A stretch of DNA of 64,000 nt from Somniosus microcephalus (taxonomy: Eukaryota), in assembly GCA_052327205.1 (NCBI GenBank), contig CM126207.1, forward strand, positions 248,620,001 through 248,684,000, written 5' to 3'. The notes under the pieces are model-generated. The model was not told the origin of the DNA. It saw only the letters and a program-made list of their open reading frames with translations, and made no database searches. This document shows, piece after piece, positions 35,433-48,219 of the stretch. The stretch's first letter is position 1. Each line of letters starts with the position of its first letter. Position numbers and translations under genes: made by a program.

Positions 35433-38209
35433 AAGGGTGGAAAATGGGAGGCCGACCAGGAGAGCATTGGAATAGTCAAGTCTAGAGGTAACAAAGGCAT
35501 GGATGAGCGTTTCAGCAGCAGATGAGCTGAGGCAGGGCAGAGACGGGCACTATTAAAGGAGGTGGAAGTAGGCAGTTGATATAACATGTGCCAGGGTGAT
35601 AGTTGACAGGGTGCTTGTTTTCTGCAATACTCACAGGACCTAGAAGAAGATGGCACACTTGAGGAACAGTGACAAGGTAATGGTACACAGCAGACAGCAC
35701 AATTCCTATAGCAAAAATCTTCCAAGTATTTGAATGAAATATGGCTGCTTAATGAAGCTCTCACCCATTCTGCATGCAAGAGAACGGGTGATGTGGACAA
35801 TCAGGTTAGGAACACTGCATGCAACATAAAGTGAGCAGGAGCTGGTGAGCTCTGTTACTTGTGATTTTCCATTTTCCACTTGCTCAGTTCTGGCTGGCGA
35901 TAGCATTTTTGACAACAGGAAATCCTACCCTTTCGTGCTTGAATATGAAAACCATCAGTTTGAGTCAGAAAGATCGTCACACGGTAAAAATAGTGATATC
36001 AAATTGAAACCAGTATTAACACTTGTCCTACTATGAGACTGTGGTAACGCTGTATACTGATGGGTAAGCTTATGCCACAATCTCATATTTGGTTTGAATT
36101 TTGTTCTGGAGTGGTAGGTATTGGGGGACACGGGGGAACATGACAACAGTGAAGAATGAGAAAGAAGGATAAATGGTGGGTTTTTTTAAACTGCTGTTGT
36201 GATGGACTTTTGCACGAAACCTTGACCTGGGTAAAGCAAATCAATGGCGTGGTAACCTTCGACTCGTCCTCGTCCCCACCGATAAGTCCACTGTTAGATT
36301 TAGCAGGCCAAACCATTGCGCTAGCCAAAGGCTACCATGCAACTTGGAATTTTATCCCCTCAAATCAAAGAACATTTGTCATAAATTAACAGGCTCACTG
36401 GGTAAAATGGTCCAAACAAATGGAAGGGAATAAAACATCTGCAGAAATTCAATTACAAGTGTGCTGGATTACCAACATTTTCTGACAAAAAAAGAATGTC
36501 CATCAGATGCGCAACTGACCACTGCCCACATGATTAACTCGGGCCAATAATCCTTCTGTCAAGGACAGTTAGACCTGGAGTGGGGCAGGACTTGTCGGTA
36601 TTCAGTAACTGGACTGGGGAAACCGGTTATTTCAGTGAATTCCACCACTGCGCACAAATTGCCTTCTACCTCCTTAAACTTTTATTATAGATCAATGTTG
36701 CATTTTAAGACTCATTGATTTGCGCTTACATCACAAGCATGATATTTTTTTTTAAATAGGAAACTAATTCTGCTTTTTAATACTTTCCACCAGCATAAAT
36801 TATTTACTTGGATTTTTTTTAATATTATTAATTTGATGCACAATCCAACTATCTAAACACTCTTTGCATTGATGTCTTTGACTGTTTAACATTATCATGG
36901 TTTATTAGCATTGGTGAAAAGCATTCGGGCATTCTTATAAAACAAAGCAGTAGTTAAAAATAATCATTTGTATACAGCAGGGACCTAGCACTAACATGAG
37001 GGTCCTACTGGCAATTTTATTTGCAGGATTTGTCCCTGGAGCACAGCATAAGTAGGCTAAGCAATTAAGAATTTCATGCTGATTGCCTGCAGCATGTTTT
37101 CCTATGCTATAAAGATAATAGCATGGACGACTGAGCCCTCTTTTTCCCTGTATTCATATTAGTGCTGTGCTGGATATCTAAAGCCTGTTTGCGCTTTATT
37201 AAAGTCGCACTCAATTTTAAACGTATAATGAAATTTGCTGCTCCTGCAGCGTCACCCCTGTCACCTCAAAAGAACGCAAGCGTGCCTTGGTGATTTCCTC
37301 TGCCAACACCGTCAGAGCTGATGCACACACCAAAATAAAAAGGGGGGAAAAAATGATCTTATGAAATAGCCTGCTTTGGGTGAAAACCTAATGGTATTAA
37401 CTGGCGGGTTGGGGCATTCTAGATGGCGATGGTGGGGGGGGGGGGGATTAAAGAAAAAAGAATGGTTTTAGCACTGTGCTTGTCCAGAATTTTCCTTTTG
37501 ATCAACTTACACACACACACACAGAAAAAAACAACATTTTCAGCAAAGCTCCTCTATTTCACTGCATTTAAATTGCAGTCACATCACCTCAGAGAGTGAG
37601 TGATAATTGTGGTGGCCAGTAAATTACAACAGCCTGCACATCAATTATAACCATCACGTCTAGCAATGAAGAAAATGAGATCTTGTGACAAATTTCATGA
37701 GCCTTGCTACCCAGAAGCTTTCTTAACATTCCACAGATAGCAATTCTTTAATCGGTGAGAGGTAATGGGAAGGTACAGGGGGCGAGATGAAGAAAGCAAC
37801 ACGACGACAGTCATTAAATTAAAGTGGGGGGGGGGAAATTGTAATTTATTTTCAGGTGCAGCAATGTAGAAATTAGAAGCATTTTTTAATATTTTTTTTT
37901 TTTTAAATAGAGCAGATGTTATTAAGCATTCTTCTAAAATATGGAACAGCAGTTTGACTTGTTACACAGTAAATAATATCAAAGGAACCGGGATTACAAT
38001 TGGAGAGAGATGAGGAAGGCAGAAGTGGTGTTTGGCTGCTTTTTTTTTTTAAAGTAAAAAAGCACACAAAATTATAGTATGGAGGGGTATTTTGCAAAAA
38101 TCAAGTCCAACACTGACAGAAATTAAACTTAATATAACCGCCATCTGATGAACAGCCACCTTAGTCAGAATTCCTTTATACTAAACATACGTACATACGA
38201 AACTGATGG

Positions 38210-38405
38210 GCAGGAAAAGACCAGCATGTCCATCAAGCCTACCCTACACCTCATGATGGCTGGAGCATCGTGATTGAACACTTCCCCTCCCCACCAACCA
38301 TGTAATCTCCTGGGAGAGGCAAAAATCCAGGTAAAATTAGGGAAATATACTCTGGAAAATTCCTCTCCAACCTGCTCAGGCGATCAGAACCAGTCCAGTA
38401 GGTCT
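38210..38405 (-). mobile_element. CR1-subfamily 3' UTR fragment
   Basis: Reverse complement of the 2890-3020 block (CCATGTAATCTCCTGGGAGAGGCAAAAA, TCTGGAAAATTCCTCTCCAACC, AGGCGATC). Confidence 0.65.
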
Positions 38406-38855
38406 GTTGTTCCACTAATATATTCCTGGCAGCTGGCCCCTGTTTTAGCGAATCTCCTTCATAGCAAGCTCATCAATGTGAAGATCTATATGTCCAAGTA
38501 TATACTTGGGTAGACTAGTCCTTGTTAATAATAATGGTGTAGGAATGAGTGTTAAGGACTCCAGATTTGGTGCTGCAGCCAGTATCAGCAACACCAAATC
38601 TGGAGTTCTTATCATTCATTCCTACATTAGATCAACAAGAACTAGTATACCAGTGTACAAACAAATTAAATTGGATTAAATTTTGCTACCTGGTGAATAG
38701 TTTGAGAGACTATTATTTCGGTTCCAGTTTTTCCAATTACTGAATATAAAAGAGGGAGTGAGGCAACTGATAGAATTCCACAAAAGGCACAAATAAAATC
38801 CAACTGTCATGATGTTCTAGATGGCAAGCAGATGGGAGTGTGTGGAAAACTCACT

Positions 38856-39542
38856 GGCCTAGAAATTGGGTTTTGGCTTAGCCAGGGCTTTAGCGCCGGA
38901 AATTAGTGCCGGCGCTAAGTCCCCTGCGCGCGCCAAAAATTCAGTGGCGCCGCGCCCAAACGGCTGCCGGCGCTACTGAAGGGTCTTAGCGCCTGGAAAA
39001 GGGCGCTAACTGCCGTTTCGCGCCGCAATTCCGGCGCTGCAGCACCCGATGCGGTGCGGCAGGCTGGGGAAGTGCAGGCCTCCTCCTTCCGTTAAGGAGG
39101 AGCTGCCTGCACCCGGCCGCGGCCCGCGCAAATCTGCTTAAAAATGAGCCCGGCACCTCGGACAAGTGCCGGGCTTGCATCTGTTCCGGGGGTGGGGGGG
39201 GAGAAAAGTCCGGGGAGGGAGCTGCGGGCAGGCGGCCGGCGGGAAAGCGGCCGGCCGCCGCGGGGCCTTTAATGCGCCGGCGCTAACTGCAGTAAGGCAC
39301 CTCTGACAAAACGCTGGTTGCGGCTGCCACGGGCGAGGCGGCCGCAACTCAATTTCGGAGTTCGGGCGGGTTACCACGGCAACCGGGACGCTGCGCACAC
39401 CGATGACGTCATCGGTGCCGGCGCAGCGCTACCAGAGCAACGCCGATTTAGGGCCCCAGGGAATTTCACTACTGGCCATAACTCCGGCGCAAGGCCCTCT
39501 AGCGCCTCAAATGAGGCGCTAAGGCTACTGAATTTTCAGCCG
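38856..39542. mobile_element. CpG-rich Harbinger-type MITE with ACT TSD
   Basis: ACT|GGCCTAGAAATT ... AATTTTCAGCCG|ACT; repeated TAGCGCC/GGCGCTA motifs; very GC- and CpG-rich against an AT-rich background. Confidence 0.8.
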
Positions 39543-41294
39543 ACTGTATTTTGCTTAAGATGCCACTGAAATGATGCTGTGTGATATTATTAGTGAATGC
39601 ATTTATTTTAAATGGGTTAATGCCTTTGTTAAATTGATGAAGAGACATTTCATACACATGTGTTAATATATTTATTACTAGTATTAAATAATGTAATTTT
39701 AACTCCACTGTGTTTGGTACGCATAGATTAATAATTTTTTGGGAAGGGGAAGAAGTAAATTAATTTTAAGAATGAACACTATTTTAAGTGTGATAAATAA
39801 ATGGCTACAATTAAGCAGGTATCAAAGACTAACCAGGGTTATGAATAAAGAGAAACAGCCACAAAATGCTGGAGTAGTGTGGAGAGAAAATCTGGGAGAA
39901 GCTTATTAGGGCTACACAGATGAAATCTGCAGGAGTGAAAAGTTTATGTTAAAACACAATGAAAAATTCAGAGGGGAAATTAAAAGAAAAACCAAGAGAT
40001 AAAAAGGAGAGAAGCATGTCAGGACTACAGAAATAAAATTAGGTGATAAAAGGGAGTGACCCAGAGGTCTAAAACTCCAGAGACCTGTGCATTGTTGAAT
40101 ATAAATATGTTTTAAAAAATACTTTTCCACACTTCTTTCCGCCCCTGCTGCCACCCCCCCCCCACCCCAAGATCCCCTCTTCTCACCCCTCCCTCACATA
40201 CTGTTGACAATCAAGTCTCTGGATGCCCCTACAACCGGTTTGCCTGTTATGGGTACACTGAGCTGTTATATTACAGGATCTTCTTCACTTAGTTATTCCT
40301 TTCAAAACTAGCAAATTCACCCCTGGGGTAGCCCCAATGCAATTAACAGGCAAGACTTCAATTGAAACCTTGGTTCAACAATCTGGTTTATTAACTTTCA
40401 GTCTACCCTACTATATACATTCTTCCATAAAAGGATTTTTTTTTAAATTACTGACCACTGGTTTCAATTCTTATGCAGGCCCACATGTTAAATTGAGATT
40501 GCTTTTTAATCAGGTTGTCATGTGGACAGGTTAATTTAATCAAAGCTACATTGAAAAACAATGAACTGAAAGGATTTAGTTGCCTGGATGCCCAACCAGT
40601 TAGTTGGTAGGTCTTCTCCCTTTATATGAACAGAGTGGTTTCCTATTTCGCCAAGTGTACAGGTGGTGTCACAGAGCTCAGTGTAAGATTGGGTACGGGG
40701 GAGGAGTTGGAGGGCTGTGAAGCAATGTTTCTTTGCAAACCCTCCCCGTCAATGGTTGTCCTTCCTATATGTACGGAATCAGCAGGATAATTCTCTCATA
40801 AAAGTAGATACTTGTGGTAGGGGCCATACAACGAACTAAAGATATTTAGTGCTGAAGGGCTTATAAGCAATTTACACTTCGGCCCCTGGGTGGGCCTTGG
40901 GCACACCTGAGCGGAGTGGCTTTCGACTACTCTGCACTCTATTGGCAGATTGGGGTGGGCATGCACGATGGGACCTTGCAAGCACCGGTGGCCTGCCATG
41001 ACTATGCAGATGACTATCCTCACAATTTGCGACAGTGTCTACGACTTCGGGCATGGGCACACTTATGATCTGCTCTGCTGCACTTCTGTTGACGGAGATT
41101 TTCTGGTGGTGTGAATGTGGATTACATATTAAGCTTGAATGTGAAATACATGTTAAATGGCAATGTGCTTGAGGTAATAAAGCAGGAAAGAGATCGGAGG
41201 ATTTTGGTATATAGGTCAGTAAAACCATCGGTTCAATGTTTATTAGTTGATGAAAAAAAAACACTAAAATATTGGGATTAACAGCTAGGGATGA

Positions 41295-41770
41295 CGATTT
41301 ATAAGTTTAAGGATGTGATCTGGCCTTGGTGCGGCTGAGTGCTGTATTTAGTTTAATTCACTGTATTACAGGAAAGATGCAGAATTGCTGAAGAACTAGA
41401 CAAGTGCTACAAGGTAGACTCCTGAACTTACAGGCGGAGTTATGAAGAAATATTGTCTAATCTGGTACTTCGCTCGCTGGAGAAGAGGAAGATGAGTGGA
41501 GACTTGTCAGAGGTCTTTCAGAGTTTCAAAGGTACAGAATATTCAGATCCAGTAAAATTCTCTGCCAGGCACAAGAATCGAGGCCTCGGAGACAGAGTTT
41601 AAAGCTAAGGGTGCCAAAAGCAAATAGGAAGTGTCGGCAATTCTTTTTGGTAATAGGGTGCCAGAATTGTGGAACAGATTACCAGCAGTAGATCAGAAAA
41701 TCATGGCAGGTTCTGGGAAAAGGGATCTATTAATTCCTGTTAGGAAAGGGGATACAGGGCTATTAGTTGT
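41295..41770 (+). mobile_element. Old, heavily decayed CR1 ORF2 3' fragment
   Basis: Remnants of SYEE.L..L.L.SLEKRKMSGDL.EVF, TTCTTTT..TAATAGGGTG..AGAATTGTGGAACAG, AAAGGGGATACAGGGCTAT. Confidence 0.7.
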
Positions 41771-44007
41771 AGGATCACACGAAGGAAACAAAAATTTGAA
41801 TTAGGCAGTAATTTTGAATTAAGCAATCTTTAATTAACAGGAGTAGACTGTGTGTTCCTAATAAAAACTAGCACCAAATAAAATGTCACTTAATGGGAAC
41901 TATTGCATGAAAACACACTGTACGTCAGTTTTGGGCTATTAAGCATTTAAAAGAGAAAACAAAAAATCCAAAATAATCAAATTCTGCCCTGTGTTTCCAT
42001 TTAGTGGAGAATGCCCCAGATTATGCACTTAACTAGGTTTACAGACAAGATTACTGTCATCATTGAGGAACGCAGAGCCAGTCCACAGGCCAGATGTGGA
42101 ATATTACGAGTTTTTTTTAATATAACCTACAGGAAGCTGTCCCAAGATGAGCGGCGAGAGGCGCAGTGCTGGAACGAGACCCGGGTCACATACTTCCTCA
42201 GGTCTGTTGACAGCGGCAATATGAATCGTTTCTTGTGGCTGCTCAGATTGCGAGCTGCTTATTTGTTTTCCCTATTTTTAGCAAGTGCTGCCGTGAAAGC
42301 TGCACAGGTCAGGGCCTTGATTAAAACTCATTTTCCAAAAAGCTTTAATCAGGAAGCAGCGCAGAGGGGGGAAAATAAAAAGGGGACTGCTTTAAACTTT
42401 TAACTGTTGTGTAATGGTCGAGTCAGCTGATGGCCGTGTCGGCTGCAAGCCACTGACATTGGTGTTCGACACCCGCACTGTGGTTCGCGTGAAGATCAAC
42501 AATGCACAGCACAGATGCGTACTGAGCATCAAAGAAAATTCAAAATTACATTTCTTTTTGTAAAGTTGCAGTTTCCCTTTTTATTGGCCTGCATGGGCTG
42601 GATTTCAAACACTTAAAAATAAAATACACTAATTTATACAGCATTCTTTTTAAATTATGCTCAATTCTGTTGGCAGGGTGAATCAAGCACTATTAACCTC
42701 CGAAGGTTCCATGGTAATTTTGAATTCTTTGCCTTCAATGTTATGTCTAGCATGTATGTTTTTAAGACATTTTATTTTACAATATTTAAGCACGGTTAAA
42801 GTAAGAAGTCAAGCAGTAACAGGTAACAGAAACCCTCTTCCAGTGATGCGCTGATGTTATTATTAAAAAAAAAACAGAACATTTGTATGCAACATAAAAC
42901 ATCTCAAGTTACCAAATGTAAATGACACGCCAGCCATGGTCATATGACACTTGTTGGTCAATCAGTGCAAGTGTGCTGCTCTATAAGGACCTGGGCCACT
43001 CGAGCTTTGCGTCCACAGCATCACATGATGCCTGCTCAAGGATTGGCCAGAAACAAAATGGCCCTCTGTCCTTCAATGCACACATAGAGAGTTAAAACTG
43101 TACGTAAACAACAACAGATACCAATGTGGGGTTTCAAGAATCTAATCAGGGTTTAGAGATTGGTTGTAAATTGCTCGAACTTCACTCTTGGTGGTTTATG
43201 ATGTCATCTGAACCCCCTCGTTTACATTACAGCCTCATAATCACTCCCAGATACCTACTATTTTTTGTTTAATTTGAGTGTTAATGGTAATATTTCTAAT
43301 CTAAACCAGAAGGTCAAAAGCACGATGCCGTCAGAATGCAGAAAAAACGTTCACTCGCTTGCCAACAGTGACATAAAATGGGTCAGACGAGTGGAAAAAT
43401 AACAATCAATGTCAGTTAGGCAGCACTCATTTTCTAAAATTTACAGAGCCCATCTTAAATTTAAGATTTTAACCTCCAGACATAATCTGATGGGACATAT
43501 AATTGCAGTGGATGAGCCTTCTGCTCAACATAAAGATGACAGCAAAGGAAAAAGCCCCACTTCGGAGGCTTTTTTTCCTTCACTTTTTACACTGGAGATA
43601 ATGGTGAAAATGTAGACGAAGTGATGCCTGACATGGATGTGCTGCGTGTGGTTATCTTTGCATGGAGTAGTCTAGATTACTGACTGTAATAGCAGCCAGC
43701 TAACAGGGCTCAATTTAAAGGGACTGCTTAAAAATGTAGAAAGGGTATTTCACAATGGTTGCTTGCACATATTAGACATTGTACACCAGTCCATCAATGT
43801 AACATTTTCTGATACGTCATGACTTCTAGTGTGCAGTGCCTTGCTTGTTGCTCCCTCTGAAGTAGAGAAACCACATAAGACCTACTCTCATGGGCTACTT
43901 GGGTGTCACTTACATTAGTGTAAACATTGATGCTTTTGAAATGTAATATTTCTAGGTTACTCAGCTACTATTCATATTATCAATTGTTAACGTTGATATG
44001 TTTTGAT

Positions 44008-44175
44008 TAAAAATAGAAAATGCTGGAAATACACAGGTTTTTGTTAAGTTAATGTGTCAGGTGCAGCCTTCCTCAGAACTCAGTGTGTGTTCTTACGTGA
44101 ATGGTTAACATGTCCTTTTTCTTTCAGATGCTGACCAACCTTATGCGTATTTCCAGTTTTAATTTCAGTCTTGCG
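44008..44175. mobile_element. Decayed inverted Penelope pLTR remnant
   Basis: AGAAAATGCTGGAAATAC ... CAGATGCTGACCAACC...GTATTTCCAG. Confidence 0.45.
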
Positions 44176-44675
44176 GGTTCTCTTTAAGGGGTAATTTTAT
44201 GAATCTTTGCCAGAGGCAGGGCAAATCAGAAATTCAGGCACAAGTTGCCAATGATTTTCTGACCAAAACTACCCCTTATGTCTTAGCTCTGAGATTTTCT
44301 GCAATGACTGTTCAGAGGGCTATATTTTCCTCTTTTTTTGTTGCAAGAAGGGGTGATGCCCCCTTTTTGAAGGTTATTATGATCTGCAAACAAAATGGTG
44401 GATATGCAATTTTACTGCATCCAATACAAATATGTAAGTGTTAAACATTTAGCCAATCATGATGCACCTCTAATAATGATTCTCTTCAAACAGCTAATGA
44501 GCCATTTAAATGTTGAAAGGCTCATTAATGCAACTGTGAAGTGCACACTAGTTTTTAGCAATGCCCTAAAGACAATATCAAGAAGCAAAGTTTAACAATC
44601 TGCCTCCGAGACCTTCTACAAGGACAGTTACCAGATATTTTGCAGAGGCAGAACAACCACTCAACAGAACACAAT

Positions 44676-46385
44676 GGCCAGAATTTTCAGGGGGGGGGGG
44701 GGGGGGGGGAGGAGAGGGAGATCAATGGCCGGGATCGGTGGCGGGTCAAGTGGGAAATTTGATTTTTTTTGACAACGGGTTGAGACCCCGCAACGCGCCT
44801 ATCCCAATACCGCGTGTGTGATCTCCGATGCGACCTGACCCGCAGAGGCGGGCGATCCGATTAAACCAATTATTGGATTGTTGACAGACCCTTAATAATG
44901 CTTTTAACTTTAACTGCTCACCCACGGAGTCCACGCTGCTCGGGGACCACATCTGTGAACCTGAGGCGGGAGTTGAATGGCCATTGCTCCAGCTGATTAC
45001 TTGACAGCTTCAAATGTACAGTAAAAGCTCCCACCTGACAGATCATCACTTTCCTCAGCCAGAAGCTGTTTCTCAGTCCATTTCCAGTACAGATTCTGCA
45101 GGCTTTCCACTTTCCACTCTCTATCCATTCTTACCTCATTAGAAGAACTCTCTCACCATTGACAGAATGCTTCTGTCATCTCTACTTCACCTGCCATTTA
45201 TTCCATCAACATAGGTGCCCTTTATACTCTCTCACCTTGGTCCTCAGAATCCGACCAAGATCAGCCCCAACACCAGCAGCACCAACAACAACACCAACCT
45301 TCTCTGCAAAAATCACCTGATGCTGCACAGGGCAGAGGGTATCAGCACCCAACCACATTGCTGCCCGGGATGCCAGGATGGCCTCACCATGGCCACATTT
45401 ACTTCACTTGATGCTATATACCCTGGCTGCCATATGATGCACCAGGTTGGCATCACTCCACACCAACACAATAAAGCATCCCTACAATGTCCAAGCCATT
45501 CCTTTCACACTTACCACCATTGCAAGGGGTACCGTTATGTCTCACCATTCACTGCAACTCACTAAGCCACTTCCAAAGGTGCACACAAATCTGTCTAAGT
45601 GTTGAAAATAAAGGTTTCAACATCTGACAGCACATTAACAGAAACTTTACATGAACATTGGATAAAAGACCCAAGTGGCTACGCTTATGTGTTGTTAGTT
45701 ACTATGACTGCACTAGGATGAGGGTGAGTGTGAGGGGTGCCTAGTGAGATGGGGATGTGATAATGTAGATAGAGAGGGATAGGTGGAGTTGCAAGGTAAG
45801 TTGGTGTGAGTAAGGATGTGCAGGAGTAGGGTAGGGAAGGCAGAGTGATGGTGATGTGATGAGATGCACAGCAGGATGAGGTTGAGTGTGGCTTTGTACT
45901 AATGTTTTGTGATCTAATGAGATCATTGAAAGGTTTGCACCATTGCAGCCTGATCCTCCTGACCACATCCCTGCTTCTGACCTCCTCTGCAATGTGCGAC
46001 CAGGCTGCGTTGGTCTCCTGAGGAGGTCTCTTCTGCCCATTGGAAGGGAAGAGAACCTCCCTGCGTGCTGTGGAGGGAGTTATGGGAGAACCTGGGTGCA
46101 GTCATTGTCAGTGTTTGCAGCACTTCAATGTTATAGAACACTGACAGCACAAACTTCAAAAGTAAGGTGGCCACGATCCCTTTAAGGAAACTGGCTGATG
46201 ATGCCTCGTGACTGACGTCACCAGACCCGCTGCCTCTAATTGGGCCGGGAAACATGCTGGTCGGGCTTAACAAGCCCCATCAACGTAAATTCATTTTCCA
46301 GAGCGGGATGGAGCCAGCAGCGGGGCCACAACGTACCACCGACATCGCCCGCACTGGACCTGCCGAGGTAAGGAAAATCCCGGCC
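44676..46385 (+). mobile_element. Non-autonomous PIF/Harbinger-derived element, copy C (complete, AAT TSD)
   Basis: AAT|GGCCAGAATTTT ... AAAATCCCGGCC|AAT; 1710 bp; disrupted Myb/SANT-like coding on the minus strand (TAPRFSHNSL; VVRRIRLQWCKPFNDL). Confidence 0.9.
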
Positions 46386-46609
46386 AATGTCATTAAGCAT
46401 GGAGACATATAACTGAGTCATCGCTGTGTCCAATCCTCAGAAATTCTGTCGGGCAATTTGAAAAAGCTTATAACTTAAACTTTCGCACCGTGGTTAGGCA
46501 TGAATATGAATATATGAAGTAGCACTGCAGGACACAAACGGAGAGATGGACAAATACGTAAAAGAAGTTGTAGTGAAATAGAGACATGTTAACAAGGATG
46601 TAGTAGTGA

Positions 46610-47135
46610 AAAAAAAAGTCAATTTAGAGAAAAAACAAATTCTGGGAAATTCCTCTCCAACCCCCGAAGATGATCAAAATGAGTTCCAGGAGACCACGGT
46701 GACCATGAGGCATATGACCCAACAACCCGCCTACCTTTCGTACACACCAGTATCAACCTCAGCCAGGAACTCGCCCCGCTCTCTTTTGAACATTTGCAGT
46801 GAATATGCACTAACTGCATGAGCTGTTCCAGAGGCTGATGACCCTCTGCAAAAAGAAAACTACCTGACATCTAACCTCGTTCTATGCTTGTGTGACTTGT
46901 ACACACACCCCTGGTTCTCTTTAACCTATCTAATTCAAATAGTCTATTCACATAGATAGAGTCGTGTCCCTTCATTATTTTAAATACCTCAAACAAATCT
47001 CCCCAAAATTTGTTTTTCTAGAGTTAAAAGCCCCAGTTCTCTAAGCCTATCATGATAACTAAGGCCTTTTAAACTAGGTATCATTTAGTGGCCTTCCTCT
47101 AAACCTTTTCCAGGACCTCTCTATCACCCACCATA
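46610..47135 (-). mobile_element. Decayed CR1 3' fragment (ORF2 end plus 3' UTR)
   Basis: Reverse complement gives CR1 remnants (SYHDRLRELGL, GDLFEVFKIMKG, RTRG) and the GGAGAGGAATTTCCCAGA UTR block. Confidence 0.75.
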
Positions 47136-48188
47136 AACCCAGAGAAGTTATACCCTCAAGAATGTAGCAACCAATCCCTCCCAAATACACATTAATGTTG
47201 GTTGGTACTAAATTACTGGTAGTTTTTATGCTATGGTGTTGTGTTGACTAAGGACTGCATAATATTACTCCTTTCAGGACAGCCAGCACAATGATGGAAG
47301 CAGAGGTAAATCAATTGTGTATTGGGTGCATCATTTGGTAATGCAGTGACTTAATCTGCTGGAATGTCAATATCTGATTGGGTTCACATGAGGTAGATGC
47401 TTCTCAAAGTATGCTGAAAGGGGTGTTGCTTTAGTTCAATCAATATTAGCAGTAAATTCTTCCACATACTTTAAGAGACTCCAGTATCAACCCATTTAGG
47501 GTCCCTCACATGAATCTTAAGTGGCCTGACTGTTTGAAGGACAACAGTGTTGATTTTGATGACTTCATACTGTTTCTAAAATTTGTGACACCATAATTTT
47601 GTCTCAATACTGAACACTAATATTTGACAAACTCTACTTAAAATCTCAGCCCCATCTCCATAATGTTGTCTTTCCTTCATTCACTTTAAAATAGTTGGAC
47701 TATCAAACTGGGAATTAGCAGCATAGTCCATGCAGGTGGGTAAATTGGTTTTGTTGCTACTAAAATTGGATACTTCAAAAGTATGATGATGGCAAGCGAG
47801 AGTAAAATGACAACTGGGATGAGTGACCCGCAACTCTTTATATTCGGAGCTCAATGTACCACTTCTAGAACTGAGACTTTCTTGTTAACTGTTGCTAAAT
47901 GTAGCCTCCTCAAGCTACCAAATATATATCTTTAATAATATAAAGCAACAAATCATTTTCATTCATATTTGCTGCCATGATATTCAGTTACAATTAGTTT
48001 GGAGTGATAAGTAGCATGCTGCAATGCTCAACTGATGTAGTTAAAACTCTATAGAACAAATGCCGCATTTAAATAAATAATTGTTTATCTTTATCCATTT
48101 TAATTTTTGTATCTTACTGTCCGCATACAACCCTCAACAGTATTCCAGCAATATCAAGTATGACACTGACTGTGACCAAAATTCCTTT

Positions 48189-48219
48189 CCAATGGTTGCC
48201 TAGCAACGCTCCGCCCAAT
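48189..48219. promoter_or_regulatory. Candidate CCAAT / RFX X-box / GC-box cluster
   Basis: CCAAT-G-GTTGCCTAGCAAC-G-CTCCGCCCAAT within 31 bp of apparently non-repeat sequence. Motif match only. Confidence 0.4.

Larger units (their letters stand above)
33210..35575 (-). mobile_element. L2 LINE 3' fragment interrupted by Harbinger-derived copy B
   Basis: 33210-33347 and 35029-35575 are reverse-complement colinear with the L2 3' part at ~60780-61458 ((AAC)n tail, ILILVFKSL.GLAP motif, CATGCCTTTGTTACCTCTAGACTTGA). Confidence 0.85.

Noticed and set aside
38856-39542. CpG island marking a host gene promoter
   Set aside because: Bounded exactly by TIRs and an ACT duplication, so it is a transposon insertion; the overlapping ORFs are GC-content artefacts.
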